Positions 10,876 through 24,417 of a stretch of DNA of 64,000 nucleotides are shown here, piece by piece; the stretch's first letter is position 1, and each line of letters starts with the position of its first letter. The translations under genes were made by a program, and so were the position numbers. The notes under the pieces were generated by a model. It was not told the origin of the DNA. It saw only the letters and a program-made list of their open reading frames with translations, and did not search any database. Source of the DNA: Caecitellus pseudoparvulus (taxonomy: Eukaryota > Protista > Bigyra: Bicosoecida); NCBI GenBank assembly GCA_965644315.1, contig CBFFRQ010000017.1:62001-126000 (forward strand). Reading direction: 5' to 3'.

Positions 10876-11057
10876 CCTGCAGGGCCCCGTGCTAAGTATT
10901 GCAGCACAGCGTCCAGCTGCTTCCGCGCTGGTTGCACGTGCTCGATCAGGCAGTGGCCTCGTGGAGGGAGAATGTGACCGTCTCAACAAAGTGGCACCCT
11001 TGCACAGCATCGAGACCCAGCAGGGGATGTGCATTGCAAGCAAAATGGCCACTGGTG

Positions 11058-14000
11058 TCACTTGTGCCTGGAACGGGAGCTGGGCACTCGGGCAAGCGCT
11101 GGGGACCGGGCCTTGGTGGAGCGCGCATCGGCCTTGGCGAAGTACGGCACAAGGCGCTGGTCTGCACGCATGCGCACTTCGTTGGCTTGCATCTTGGCTT
11201 CGAACATCTCGTCCTCACGCTTCAGGCGTTCCTCCAGAATGCCAATCACGAAGAGCGACCTCAGACAGAACTCCTCAAAAGCAGCCTGGGCTGCTGCAGC
11301 GTTGGGCTCTGCGTGGTTCATGCGGCTGAACTCTCGCTGGCGCTTCTCTAGGGCTTCATTCTCCACCGTCAATCGGCTCTGGATGATGCGAGCACGGCTC
11401 TTGTGGCGGTCAGCCAACGCGGCGCGGCAGGCTTCCACGGCTGCGGCAGCCTCCTTGTCCGAAAGGTTGTTGCTGTCACGAGCCTCGTGCAGGAAAGGCG
11501 CAAGGTAGTCAATCGTCTCGTTGGCATCAGTGTCTTCCTCTTCAGCCTCGGCAGACACTGCAGCAAGAAAGCAAGGAGGGGGGTGTGGCACGGCAGGGCG
11601 TGGCACAGCAGGGCGGCGCAGCTACGCACCTTGAGCACCAGAGTCTGCAGCTTCTTGGGCGATTTCAAAGATGTCCTTCTCCAGCACAATGTTGCTTTCA
11701 TCCCAAGCACGCTGCGGTATCTCTTTCATCGCCTCTTTTTGGGCTGCACGAATGTCGTTGAAGCAATTGATGCGAGCCGTCATGGCGGCCTTGTAGTCGA
11801 TCTCCACTTCGAATGCCTGTGAGCGAGGGCGGGGCAGGGCAGCGGGGAAGAGGTGCGCCTTTGCGCAATCGCACTTGAGCTTGCGGCACGTGTCCGCACC
11901 TTCGGAACTGGTGTAGTTTCGTCCCGAGTCAGCATGTCCATCTGCCCGTCTGCCTTGTCCCCGTGGTACACGCGGGTGTTGCGCGTGATGTGACCGTCCA
12001 CGAAGTGATACCGCACTTGAATGGTGCCTTCTTCCAACAAGTACGTCATCTTCTCGATGTCCTTGTGCGCAGGCTTGCGGGGGTCACGAGCGTACCGCTC
12101 CGCCATCTTCCGCACGGTGTACACCCCCGCCTCGGTGTCCACCGTGCGCACGCCATCCATGACCAGGGACCCGCGCATGCCACCCGCGGGCCGGCTGGTC
12201 ACTGCACCCCCCGTCGTGCCAATGGAGATGGAGCCGGGGGTAGGCGCCTCTCCCACTCGTTTGCCAAGGGTCACTGACCGGTACGTCAGCCCGTTGGGTC
12301 GTGTGGTGTACTCCCACATGATCTTCTTGCCGAAGATCTCTTCCTTGCGTTTGAGGCCGCTTACCTTGCCTTCCACGTAGTACTCTGTCACACGGCTCTT
12401 TCCCAGCACCTCTCGAATGCAGCGCTCCCTGAAAATGTGCCCTGGCGCAAAGTGCTCGGTGACAGTGTTGCTGTATAGGTCCTGTTCGCGCCGAATGAGC
12501 AGGTCCTTGCGGTGAGAAAACACCTCGGTGATGTGCCGGGGCACGATGCGAGCGTTGTCCACGAACAGAGTCAGCCGTGCTTCCAAGCCCGTGGGGTGGG
12601 ACAGTGGCGCAAACTCTTCCAGCGTTGCGCGCTGGAACAGCGTCGTCCGGGCCTTGCTAGGCCCGAAGCGGGCCTCAAAGTCTTCCCTGGGGATGGAGAT
12701 GGGCATGACCCACGCCGTGGGCGGGTCCAAGACATGCTCCCCATCGGCATCCGGAACATAGGAATCTTCCTCAGGAACACCGGACTTGCGCCCTGACTCC
12801 TCCTCCTCGCCGTCGCCTCGACCAGTGGCATCGCCATCGCCTGGCTCGGACACCGGTCGAACTCCCTGTGATGGTGAGGCAGAGAACACGTGTGGTGGGG
12901 TGCGTGTAGAGTAAAGAGCAGGCGCGATGCGGTGTGCGGAGACGTACCAAGTCTTCCAGCGTTTGCTTCACAAACACGTGTTCCCAGTCCTCCGTCGTGT
13001 GCAGGTCCAGGGACAGCAGCCGAGTGATTTCCTTCCCTGTTCCGCGCAGAGTCACGGCCTCCTCCTCCACAGCAGCCTTGCTTTCCCCGGCCGCTTCCTC
13101 TGCCGCCACCAGGCCGGCCACGCGCTCAGCCACCCCCCCACTGCCGTCTTCCTCCTCAGGTTCCACCAACTGCCCGTCTTCATCCAGTTGCAACCCCACT
13201 GCCGCCAGCTCCCGTCGGAGGTCCACAGGTGGCTTGGCGGCAGCGGCAGCGGCGGCGGCATGAGTGGGCGGCTTGGGCGGCATGCTGGTGATGAGCTCCT
13301 CTGCACGTGGGTTGACGTCCCGCACCTTGTCAAGCCCCGGGATGAAGGAAAGGTCCCCGGCCAGCAGGCGCTCTTCCAGCGTCAGCTTGGGCACTTCGTG
13401 CAGCGTGCCGTCCGCGGCAGCCTCGGCAGTCGCGACAGCAGCAGCTTCTGCCGCAGCATCTCGGCGCTCCTTGAACAGCGCACGGGCCTCCTGTGCGATG
13501 GCCTGGGCGGCAGAGGTGGGCGGCGGTGGGGCCCCCGGCGCCTCAGGCACGAGAGCCTGCATCTGCATGTTCACCCACACATTCTCGTGGTTCCACACGC
13601 TCTCGATGGTGAAGTACGGCGACTCTTCAAGGGGGTACACCTGCCCCGTACTGGGCTCCACAAACACCGACTCAGACACCCCTCGCCGCCCACTGCGCAC
13701 CAACACCCACGCATGCACACGCTGCCCCTCCAGTGGATCGTACCCCCGAATGTCATCGTGAATGTCGGCCCCCGCGCTCTCAGCTGCAGCCTGCACTTCC
13801 CGACCCACCAACTCAGTCTCGTCTGCGTCACTCTCGTACGAAGCGTCTGCCGCCGCGGCAGCTGCTGCCGCCTCCTCCTTCCGTGCCATGACGGCCAGGT
13901 ACTTGCTCGCCATGGAGGGCTTGGGCTTGGGCAGGTACTTGGACACACCGGGGGGGGGGCCGCCTGCTGCCGTTGCTGCTGCTGCCTTGCCACGAGGAGA

Positions 14001-14717
14001 CGCAGCGGCAGCAGCGGTAGCTGCAGCATCGGCCGTGTCTACGTCCACGGGGGGGGGCGGTGCCCCCTCCACCGCCTCCCCCCCTGACGCGTATGCGAAG
14101 GCGACGTTGGCGTTGGCCACTGGAAGTGCTGGGGGCGTGTAGGAGCACTTGGTGTGGCTGAGGTCCCGCAGAGTGATCCACCGAGGCGCAGTGCCAACGA
14201 CGCAGTATGCATCGAAGCCGTTCCCCAGCAGCAACGACGTGAGCAAGTTTGCGAGGTCAAAGCTGTCTCCCGCCTGCCAGGACAGCACGGTGGAAGGGCT
14301 GGGCAGGAACTGAGGCAGCTCCAGGGGGTGCGCCAGCGGTTCGTAATCCATGTACGACGCCACAAAGGAGGCGGCGCCCTGCAGAGTGTACAGAGGCTTG
14401 TACGGCAGCTGCGTCGGGCGCAAGGTGCTGCAGACAAACTTCGGCACGCCTGCCTCGTTGCGTGCGACGAGGAACAGCGGCTTGCGATCAGGGAACAACT
14501 GCACGAACTGTCTGCGGAAGTGCTCCACGTACTCCAAGCACAGCTCTTCCTTCAGCGTGTTGGCTGTGTAGGAGGGGGCCAGCGGCACCCGCCGGGAAGC
14601 CAGCACTTCCAGGCGTTGCTGCTTGGTGGGGCGCAAGCCTTGCACGGTGCACAGGTCTGGCCAGCTGGTGTCTTCCCTTGCCACACCTTCATCTTGTGCT
14701 ACATACTCAGTCGCCAT
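11058..14717 (-). CDS. DRC7: Dynein regulatory complex subunit 7 (CCDC135/FAP50)
   Basis: SYTANTLKEELCLEYVEHFRRQFVQLFPDRKPLFL...KFVCSTLRPTQLPY...SPSTVLSWQAGDSFDLANLLTSLLLGNGFDAYCVVG, and C-terminal DYLAPFL...RARIIQSRL...FVIGILEERL. Four exons join ORFs 12771-14756, 11780-12889, 11622-11807 and 11058-11606. Confidence 0.9.
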
Positions 14718-14922
14718 GCTGGGTGTCCGGACAGTGGGCGGAGGGAGGGGGTGCACAGCGGAAATCGAAACCCCGCGACCTCAGCTCGAGATGCAGCACC
14801 GGTCGAAGGCAGCTGGGGCGCCAAGCACGCGTCTACCCGTTGCTCTGGGAAGTACACGATTGCAGTTATTCTCATCGCACCATATGTCATGTGCATTATA
14901 TGTGACTGCGAGGAGTGGCGCT

Positions 14923-16120
14923 TCACGCAGCCTCCAAGCTGCCGCTCAGCGCCCCCTTTTCGATGCAGTACGCGAGGAACTCGTTGGCGCTGATGTAGCC
15001 ATTGCCGTCCTTATCAATGGACGCGAACAGGGCGTCGGACGAGGGCCCCCCTGCTTCTTCTGCCTGAGCATACTCGTACTCCACCAGCTGTGCGTGGCAG
15101 TCCGGCCACTCTTCAGCAGAAAGGTAGCCATCTTGGTCAGCGTCAAACCACTGAAAGCACTGGCTGAGTGCAGTGATGATGGCCCTCTGGTCCTCCGTCA
15201 GACCAAGGCTGGCCCACCTGTCGCCTCCTTTGGCCCACCACGCGTTGAAGGCCTCCATGGTGATGCCGCCGTCCACCTGCCCCGCCATGCTGGCCAGCGC
15301 CGCATCCAGCTCCTCATCGCTGAGGAAGTGCCCCTTGTCGTACGCCAAGGCCTTGAACTCGTCCTTGCTTAAGATCGCGTCCGAGTTCAGGTCGTACTTG
15401 GAGAAAACCATGTCAGCCAGAGCCCCGTGCCGCCCCAACACCGTCACGCCAGTGGCGGAGGCGGGGTCCGGGTACGGGTGCCCATTGTGCTTCAACTGCG
15501 AGGTGAAGGGAGAGGGGGGGTCAGGGGGGGGGGGTGGGCGGAGGTGCCGTCGCCGGTCTCCGCACCATCCACCGTAGAAACTCCGAGAAGGACACCGAGT
15601 CGCTGCCGTCCACGTCCAAAGCGCTCCACAGGTCACCGCCGCTGACCAGGTGGTGCTGCACGAAGCCCCCTGTGACCAGGCGAGCATACAGATCCTCCCA
15701 CTCCTCCATCGTGTCCACGTGCCCGGAGTCATCTGCATCTGCCCCGCGAAAGAGCTCAGTGACTTGGGCAATGAACGCCTCTTGCGCCTCGCTCAGCTGC
15801 AGCGCCGTGAACCGCGTGTCTGACCGCCAAAACTCCTGGAAGGCCTCCTTCGATATGGTACCCGCAGATTCTGGATCCAACGATGCAACTGCCGCCTCCA
15901 ACTCTGCGTCGCTGAGGCAGTGCCCCTTGTCGTAGCACAAACTGCGGAATTCGTCCTGCACGCAGCACCGGAAGGAAGTGCGAGCGGCCTTGCGCTGCTG
16001 CTGCTCAAGTTCGCAGGCACGCACATAGCTCAGCTGGCCCGACCCATCAGCATCGTACTTGGCGAAGATGACGTCGCTGATGCTGCCTTTGGCACCGGTT
16101 TTGTAGTTGAAGGCTGCCAT
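14923..16120 (-). CDS. EF-hand calcium-binding protein (tandem duplicated 4-EF unit)
   Basis: Loops DADGSGQLSYDE, DADDSGHVDTME, DVDGSDSVSFSE, DLNSDAILSKDE, DADQDGYLSAEE, DKDGNGYISANE; two GT-AG introns. Confidence 0.88.
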
Positions 16121-16287
16121 GTCTGCTGGCGTGCTCGTTGCAGCAAAGGCGCAGTCGCAAGCAGCCCAAGGGGCAGGCACACTGCAATAACTCACTTTCT
16201 ACACACACCCAGTCGGGGTTGATGGCACGTGCGTGCCACTGTGCAGTGGCGGGTCATTCGTATTGTGCTGGCACGGCTCTCAGCAAC

Positions 16288-17839
16288 ATGGCTGCCGCCT
16301 CGGTCTGTGGCGTGCTAGCCAAGCCCAGTGCAGCTGCTCAGCGCATCGTGGCAGCTGCCATCGCAGCTGCGCAGCCAAGGCACTGCATCAAGCAGCACGT
16401 AGATTCCAATGCAGATGGCTCTATCACCGTTGGAAGCCGCAAGTATGAAGCTGTGAAGAAGGTGGCCGTGTTTGGAGCGGGTGCGCGAGGCGCAATTTCC
16501 GCACGCCCCTGCTCAGCTCACCCCCTCTGGGCACGGCACAGGGAAAGCCGTGGTGCCCATGGCAGCTCAGTTGCTACAGCAGCTGCAAAGCTCATCCGTA
16601 CCTACGTTCGGGCACGTCATCACCAAGCATGGGCATGATGATGGGTCCCTGGCCGGTTCTGGCCTTCGTGTGAGCGAGGCGTCCCACCCCGTTCCCTGCG
16701 ATGCTGGCGTGGCTGCGACACGCCAGCTGCTGGCTGCCACCGAGGACATCTGTGACGAGACGCTTGTCTTTGTCTTGCTCACTGGGGGTGGAAGTTCTCT
16801 CTTCACACTGCCTGCGGAGGGGTTGACTCTGGCGGTGAGTTTGCAAGCCTGCTGCTTGCTTGCATCCTGCTTGGCACGCACCACGGTTGCCTCACAGGAC
16901 ATCCAAGCCACAAGCGAGGTGCTGCTGGGCTGCGGAGCAGACATTCACGCCATGAACACGGTGCGCAAGGCGCTGTCTGGCGTGAAAGGAGGGCGCTTCC
17001 GCCGCTACCTGGCTCGAGCGCGCGCAGTGCACACGCTGGCCTTGTCTGACGTTGTGGGCGACAACTTGGAAACCATTGCCTCTGGACCTACCTGTGCAGT
17101 GCCTTGCACCAGGGCTGCTGCTGTGGATGTGTTGGAGGCCCACGGAGCACTGTCACAAGTGCCTCCGGCAGTGGCCACGATTCTGAAGGCTGGTGCTGCG
17201 GCTCCCGAGCCTGCCACTGGCAGCGGCTGCTTTGTCGGGGAAGTCATCGGCAGCAACGCACAGGCGCTGGAGGCTGCCGCCCAGGCGGCGTCGGAGGCTG
17301 GGTACACCCCCCACATTCTCACCGCTGCGCTGGAGGGCGAGGCACGGCATGCGGCCGCCTTCGTCACCAGCCTCGCCAAGGCGGCAAGCGGGCGCAGTGG
17401 CGGAAAAATCGGCCACAGCGTAGTCCCACCTGCAGCCCTCATCTTCGGCGGCGAGACGACGGTGAACCTGACCGACGCGCCGCAGGGGCACGGGAAAGGC
17501 GGGCGGAACCAGGAGCTGGCGCTGGCGTCTGCGCTGCTGCTGGACGGGCACTCACCCCGGGAGGCCCCCCCCGACCACCCTCTCGCTGGGGAGGCCACCA
17601 TCACCCTGGCTGCAGTGGGCACGGACGGCACGGATGGGCCGACTGACGCAGCAGGTGGCATTGTCAGCAGCGCCACGTTCTCAAACCAGACGCGCCCTGA
17701 GACCGCACGGCAGGCTGCCGGGGCAGCCCTGAAAGGACACGATGCGTACCCATGCTTGGCGGAGCTGGGCGCGCTGCACAAGACAGGCCCCACAGGCACG
17801 AATGTCATGGACATCACCGTCGCATTGGTGCTGGTGTAA
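16288..17839 (+). CDS. GLYCTK: Glycerate kinase / hydroxypyruvate reductase (MOFRL family)
   Basis: FGAG|KAVVPMA, EASHPVP, LLTGGGSSL, LSDVVGD..TIASGPT, GGETTV, GKGGRNQELAL, GTDGTDGPTDAAGG, TGPTGTNVMD; two introns. Confidence 0.92.
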
Positions 17840-17879
17840 ATGCATTTGCAGAGCAGGCGAGGCGTGCCCCCCCGCCTTC

Positions 17880-19923
17880 TCAAGCGTTGCAGTGGTCATC
17901 GCCCCGAGCGCGGGGCGCCGCCTTGACGATGTCATCCACGCGCAAGATCATCTCCGCCGCCTCTGCAGCGCTCAGCAGCACGTGCAGCTTCAGGCGCAGG
18001 GGCTCTGTGATGCCCAGCTTCTCCATATCCCCCACACCGCCCGTCGTGACGTCGATGCCCGCCCTGATGTCGCCCTTGTGGTGGGCAGCCTTCAGCTGGG
18101 AGATGAGCTCGGCACTGTCCAGGCCGGCGTTGTCTGCGATGATGGTGGGCAGGCGGCGCAGGGCCCGGGCGAAGGCCTCCATGGCCAGCTGCTTCTTGCC
18201 TGCCGTGGTCTTGGCCACCTCCTCCACGGCGTTGGCCATGAGCACCTCGCTGGCGCCGCCGCCGAAGGTGATGCGGGGCTCCTTGATGGTCTCTGTCAGC
18301 ACGCACAGGGCGTCGTGCAGGGAGCGCTCCGCCTCGTCCAGCAGGTGCTGGGAGGCGCCGCGCAGGACGATGGAGCAGGCCGAGCCGGCAGCCACGCCGC
18401 CGAAGCGAATGAGGCGGTCCTCCCCGATCATGACCTCCTCCACCACGTCGCAGGCACCCGCCTGCACCATCTCGGGGTGGTCGAACGTGGACACGATCTC
18501 GCCGCCGGTGACTGCTGCGAGGCGCTCAACACCCACGAAGTCTGCGTGCTCGATGGCCATGACGCCCGCGTCGGCGAAGAGCTGCTCGGGGTAGTTGTAG
18601 ATGAGCTGGCGGTTGACGAAGACGTTGATGCCGTGGGCGACGATCTTCTCGACCTTGGCGGCCATCTTGGCCTTTTCTGCGGCCTCGATTTCCGCAACCT
18701 TGGCCATGGAGTCCACCCTCACACGGGAGCCGAAGATTTTGATCTTGTCTGTGTCCATGCTGGTGTTGGCGATGAGGATCTTGGCGCCCTCAATGCGGCG
18801 GGGCTGCCCCACGCCGATCTTCTTGTCCAGCAGGAAGCCCTCCTCCAGGTACGAGTCCCGCATGGTGCCGCCGGCCTTCTTGAGGATCTGGATGTGGTCC
18901 AGGTTCAGGCTCTCCTTGATGCGCATGGTGGCGTCCACGGCCAACTGAGCGTAGTGGGCCTTGTCCTGCGTCAGCAGCTTGGAAGACAGCGTCGTGGCGG
19001 CGATGTCCGTCAGGTCCTTGCGGAAAGCCGCATCGTCATCACTGTGGTCCACGGCGGATGCCTCCAGCGCGGCACGCGCGGCCTTGGCAGCCTCGCGCCA
19101 CCCGGCAATGATGGTCATGGGGTGAATGTGCATCTGCACGAGCTTCTCCGCCTCCCGCAACAGCTCACCAGTCAGCACAACGACGCTGTGCAGGCGGGGC
19201 AGGCGGCAGCGTTTCGTGGGGGCAGGCTTGAAACGCGGGGGGGGACACCCGTTGGCCGCAGCCAGCGGCTCCACACCGCTCGGCACCAACCCGGAACCCG
19301 CAGGCACACAAGCATTGAGCCATAGCTGACCGTGGACCACAACCAAGCAGCACGCTGGCCCTGTGTGCGGACAGGCAAGGGGCTCACCTGGTGGTGCCGT
19401 CGCCGACAGCGTCGTCCTGGCTCATGGAGATGTCGATCAAGCACTTCGCAGCGGGGTTTTCCACGACGATGGACTTCATGATGGTGGCACCATCGTTCGT
19501 GACGATGATGTCACCACTGCTCATCTGCGCAAAGGTCCAGCGAGGCAGCCAAATCGTGCTCACTTCCGTGTCAGTATCTCCAACGTCCGCACTCCCTGCA
19601 CGCACCGATTGGATGATCTTGTCCATGCCCTTGGGGCCCAGCGTCGTCTTCACGAGATCGGCAATGGCGATGGCCCCCACAAACGATTGCAGACGCGCGG
19701 AGTCGCCCTGTGGCAGCAGCGTGGGGAGGTCCAGTGTGTGCTGTCCGTTGCAGGGGCGTGGCTCTGTCAAAAGCCGCAGGCGTCTGCCCCACACACCTTG
19801 TTCACCTCCGCCTGCTCGTGCAGGATGGACTGCGGCCAGGGGAAGGAAAGGAGTGGAGCGTGAGGGGTGCTGCGCATTGCCTGCAAGGTGATGCCTGCCG
19901 CCAGCGCGCACCTGAGAAGCCAT
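17880..19923 (-). CDS. CCT2: T-complex protein 1 subunit beta
   Basis: [96 protein letters not shown]; four introns. Confidence 0.97.
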
Positions 19924-20148
19924 GGCGGTGTACTGGAGCTTGCCTTGAGAAACGCTGCTGTTGCTGAAGCCGAGGCGGCGGCGAGGCGCGAAGCACACAG
20001 AGGCAGCACTGCGCACAGGAAAGCGACAAGCATGTGCAAAGTGCAGGCAGAAGACTTTGCCTGGCGCATGGAAGTGCAGGCTCCACGGCAGCCAGCGGGC
20101 GCAGTGCATTGGGGTGTCTCTGCGCGATCAGGAGGGTGAGTGCGCTGC

Positions 20149-21049
20149 TCAGCAGTCCACGTTCAAGTCCACACCAGCACCGCAGATGTTGTCATTGCCC
20201 TGCCACTGCTTCTTGGACGGGCGGCTCCAGCCACCGAAGGCGCGGAAGTCAGAGCAAGACTCGGAGCCATCGTAGATGGGGTACCACAGGGGCAGGTGGG
20301 AAGCTCCACTCCATTCCCCAGCGATCTCAGCCCAGGAGTTCCAGTTGGCGTAGATGCCGCACTGGACACCAGCCTCCTCACAGCCCTGTGCGACGGGGAC
20401 AGAAAGGTCAAGGTGCCCTGCCACGAGAGGCTGCCGCTCAGCGCTCGAGGCCACTCACGTGCATCATGCCTGCAATGAAATCAGCGTTGGCAGCCTTGTC
20501 CGAGCTCCAGGCATAGGGCTCGATGTCCAGCCACACAGTGCTGTAGGTCTTGTCGCCGCCGCTGCGGGAGTAGTGGATGTCGTACCCCTTCAAGTAGTCC
20601 ACAACGGAGGTGACCTGGTAAGAAGGGTTGCCAGCGGGCACGTTGGGGAACAGGTACAGGTCAACACGCCCGCCCTTCTTGCCCATGTCACTGGCATAGA
20701 AGTTGTAGATGGTGTGGGCTGTGCGAGGCGGGGTGGGTGGGGAGGTGAGCAGGGCGATCGCAGTGTCACACCGCTGCACCTCACGTGCGGTGGGGTCAGC
20801 GCCTCCATTGCTCAGGTGGGCCCTGACGATGGCGTAAGAGTAGCCCTCTTGTGCCAGACAGCTCCAGTTGTTCTCATACACCGCGGAGGAAACCTGCACA
20901 TGCGTGCAACGGCGGCCCCAGGGGTAAGCTCACTTGCTGCAGTGCACCACACCCTGGGCCGAGTTGGCACTCACGTCCACTCCGCGTGCCGCGAGAGAGA
21001 CCCCAGCCAGGGCAGCCAGAGAGGCTGCAAGAAGGCCGAATGACTTCAT
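20149..21049 (-). CDS. Secreted GH25-type (protist/nematode-type) lysozyme, copy 1
   Basis: Signal peptide, ARGVD|VS, YAIVRA, VWLDIEP (DxE), GIYANWNSW, LPLWY..YDG, FGGW..P..KQW.G...CG.GVDLN; three introns. Confidence 0.88.
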
Positions 21050-21510
21050 GGTTTGTGGGGGAGTGGCGTGCCTGCGTGTCGGGGCGATGGGAGAGCACCG
21101 TGCAGTGCAACTGCCTGCTGTGCGTGAGATTCCAGCCGGTGAGTCCTTGCAGCCACGCCTACTCACGCAACGTGGCCAGACCGAGGCGGTTGGGGAGGAA
21201 GGGAGTGGGCCATTGATACTATGCACATGGATTTGAGTTCTTTTGCTCCCGTGTTGCAAGTGCTGCAGTGGGAAGTTCGGGGACCAGGCCTTGCTGATCA
21301 GGCCAGCCTGTCACCGCGCTGGCCCCCTGATTCATGCGAGCAGAGTATGTGGATGCCAGGGCCTCTGGGGCATTATAATGCCTCATCCATGGCGCTGGTA
21401 TGTTCAGGCGCGCGTGCTCTCAGGGTGCCGTCCAATCGGCGACCATTTGCGACAAGCACAGGTCAAACGTAGTCCGTTCCAGCCAAGGCCACACTGCCGC
21501 CCAACGTCAA

Positions 21511-24114
21511 TCAGCCGACTGGGACATTCTCTGGGAGATCACAGAAGTCGAAGTACCACTGTCCGTTCTCGTCCAGCAGCGCACAGCGCAGGTCCTCCGT
21601 GAAGAAGTTGCGCGTGATGAGGATGGTGGCCGACACAGTGCCCATGGCAAAAGCGACAGTCCACCCATCCAGCCGCTCTTGCCAGGCTGCTGTCAAGCGC
21701 ACGGCAGCAACCTCAGCAGTGAGAGCAAGTTTCTCCAGCCACGAGCCCTTGGCCGCCCGTAGGCCATTCATCCCGAGAGGAATCCAAACTTGCCCTTGAC
21801 TCAAGCGCTTCACGAAGGCTGCGTTGGACTGGATGAGTTTCTGGCGATGCTCAAGAACGTCTTCGTCGTGCGGATGCAAGGTGCAGGGGCTGCAGCATGG
21901 GCACAGGCGTACACAGCACTGAGTCTCACACATGGTTCTTCGGCTGGCTCGGTTGGACGCCAGGCCTTCCAGTTCAAGTGTTGTCATTGCTGGCACGACG
22001 AGGGGCGTGGGTGTGGGCGTGGGAGAGTCATCCAGAAGCACATGTGGCTGGCTAGGGCCCACTCTTCCCACCGAGCTGAGAGAGCTGTGCTGCACGCTGG
22101 GGTCTGCCGCGACATCGGATTCCTGTTGCGACAGAGAAAAGGACTCTGTCTTTGGGAGCTTCAGGAGCAGGCCTCCAGGGGCAGTGGCGCCTGTTCCCGC
22201 CTCCACAAGTTCCAACTCAAGCTTAACTGGCCTCTCCGTCTCCCCTGTCTCTAACGGCTTGAGCTTGGACGTCACCGAGGCGGCTGCCTCTGCATGCTTG
22301 CGGGACCCCACAGCGCAGACTGACAGGGCAAGGAAAATCAAGGCAGGCGCAATGTCAGTGAAGAATTCAATGATGTACTGAATCACCACCCGCAGCACAA
22401 GTTCGTCGGCTGGGATGGGCTGCCCGCCGATACGGGAGGGAAGTCGGAAGAGGAGTGACAGCGGCAAGGACAGCAAGATGCCGATGTCCTCTCCTGCCGT
22501 GTCCAGGAGCAGGTACGTGTAGTACGCGTGCAGGTCCTGGGCTGCTATCAGACGCCTCTGCTGGTGTTGCTTGCGCTGCGCTGTTGTGGGGGTGTACTCG
22601 TCATTGTCGGGCGTGCCTGAGACCGAGTCTGGACAGCAGCAGGAGCAGCGCCGAATGGCGGCTTCGTACAGGCGGTCTCGGTAGGGGATGGTGATGCGCA
22701 TGAGAATTTCGATGACTGACGTGCCGATTGCCAGGCCCACGGTCTCCTGCGTGGAGTCCATGTTGGTGCCGAGCAGGCGCCCGACAATAGTGGCGGCCAG
22801 AACTGGCTGCACCAGGAAGACTTGGACGTGCGAGCGGGCTAGGGCAGGCAAGAACGAGAGGCGAGTGGCCAAGCGCAAGGCCCCCAGTGCCAACTCCACG
22901 CAGAGTGGCACCACGACAAGGCGCAAGACGACCTGGGTGACGAGAGAGGCGCGCACGAAGATCGGAGCAACCATGCGCAGGATGAGCAGGTACCCGACCA
23001 GCACAGCGCCAAGGCTAAAGAACTGTGAGAGGGAAGGGGTGGGTAAGGACATGTGTGTCACACAGACAGGCAGACTTGGCGCTGCGTGGGCCACGCACGG
23101 TCATCAATGCAGGCCCTCGCACCAGTCCCCGAAACACGCCGGCGAGGAGCATGGGGATGATGATGGCAGGCAACAGCTGCACGATGAAGGCGGAGAAGGT
23201 GGCGAGGTCAAGCAGGGCCACTCCAAAGAGGCCCTCTGTTCCCAGTGTGCGCAAAGTCAAGCTCCACACGCTGTGCTGCGCGTTGAGGAAGAGGATGAGG
23301 AGCATCACCATGGCGGCCGTGCTCCAGCGCACGAAGGAGCGCCCGGCGATAAGCCACCACGGCATGGCCACAGCCACGAAGCTGCTCATGCACAGCGCAG
23401 GGATGCTTGTGAACAACTCCCAGAACCAGACAGGTTTCTGTGTCACCAGGGCAGCAGCGGCGAGCTGTGCAGAGGCTGGCAAGGGCAGCTGAAGCTGCGC
23501 CGCGCACGCACCGACTGCCACGCGTCCCGTGTGGAGCCCATCATCGACCAGTGAACGTGCAGAGAAGTTCCATTCTCCCTCACAGGCCTCCCGTTTGCAT
23601 CTGCAAGTCGAAGGGCGGCGAATGGCCCGTGTGCAGGCGAGGGCGTGGGTCTGCAACTGCGGGTTGCTGCAGCTGACTGAGTTCGTTTGCAACGATGCCG
23701 CTCGTCCCGCACGCACCTGCTGATTTGTACCACGCAGTGGTCAAGCCCCACTGGTTCAACACACACAGGGTGCACACAGCAGCCACGGCGAGAGTGATGA
23801 GCTTCAGCTGGACCTTTTCACGCCTGTGTGGTTCATGTGCACGTTGGGCTTCATCGAGGGCAAAGTTCGCCTGTCGCCAAGCGCCCGTGTGCGGAACCGA
23901 GCACGCACATTGTGGCTCTTAGCACTGCACAGGGACTGTTCCCGACCAAGCGAAGCCTACCAGGTCCTGAATCAGGCTGTGTCTCCACCTCTTGTGCAGT
24001 ACTGCCCTCGGAATCAGCTCCAGACCCAGTGGAGGAGCTGCTATGGCCCCGGTGGCCTACGCTTGTGCCGACGCCATCACCGGCTGCAGGCATGGACGGC
24101 GCGCTCGCGCTCAT
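21511..24114 (-). CDS. Multi-pass membrane protein of unknown function
   Basis: Five exons can be joined by GTGCGT...CAG introns (ORFs 23851-24114, 23580-23786, 23443-23775, 23015-23716, 21511-23094), giving many hydrophobic helices and a large hydrophilic loop. Confidence 0.7.
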
Positions 24115-24417
24115 GCCTTCTCAGTGTACACCCAGCAACTGGCTACCCCGCTGAGAGCCACATCACGTCAATGATCCGCGTGGGTGTTGTATTTTTGCGC
24201 CTTGCAGCGACTGAAAGGCGGCCTGGCGGGCCGTGAAGAGCATAGGGTATGCAGCGCTATCAGCTCTGGCTCGCCAGCCTGCCTGCATCCAGCCGGACAC
24301 GCTGGCACACGGGTGCAGGGAGCTGGACCAGGTAGGCCACGCAGTTGCGCTTTCGCTTGCGAGAGGAAAGCACGGGCGCATGCCAGCATCAAGTTGCATG
24401 ACTCGTTGTTCAGCATT

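Noticed and set aside
10876-11061. Apparent overlap or fusion of the 1906-aa ORF start with the DRC7 stop
   Set aside because: The ORF track extends to a non-ATG start; the signal-peptide ATG is at 10875, leaving a normal ~180-nt spacer.
14860-14910. AT-richer imperfect inverted repeat after the EF-hand gene, considered as a SECIS or terminator
   Set aside because: No proper SECIS core or apical loop geometry and no in-frame TGA in the gene.
17742-19325. 527-aa plus-strand ORF antisense to CCT2 (similar cases: 29577-31220, 45136-47409, 49878-51545, 53854-55164, 58540-60183)
   Set aside because: Shadow ORFs expected from high GC and codon bias; they have no recognisable motifs and lie opposite clear genes.
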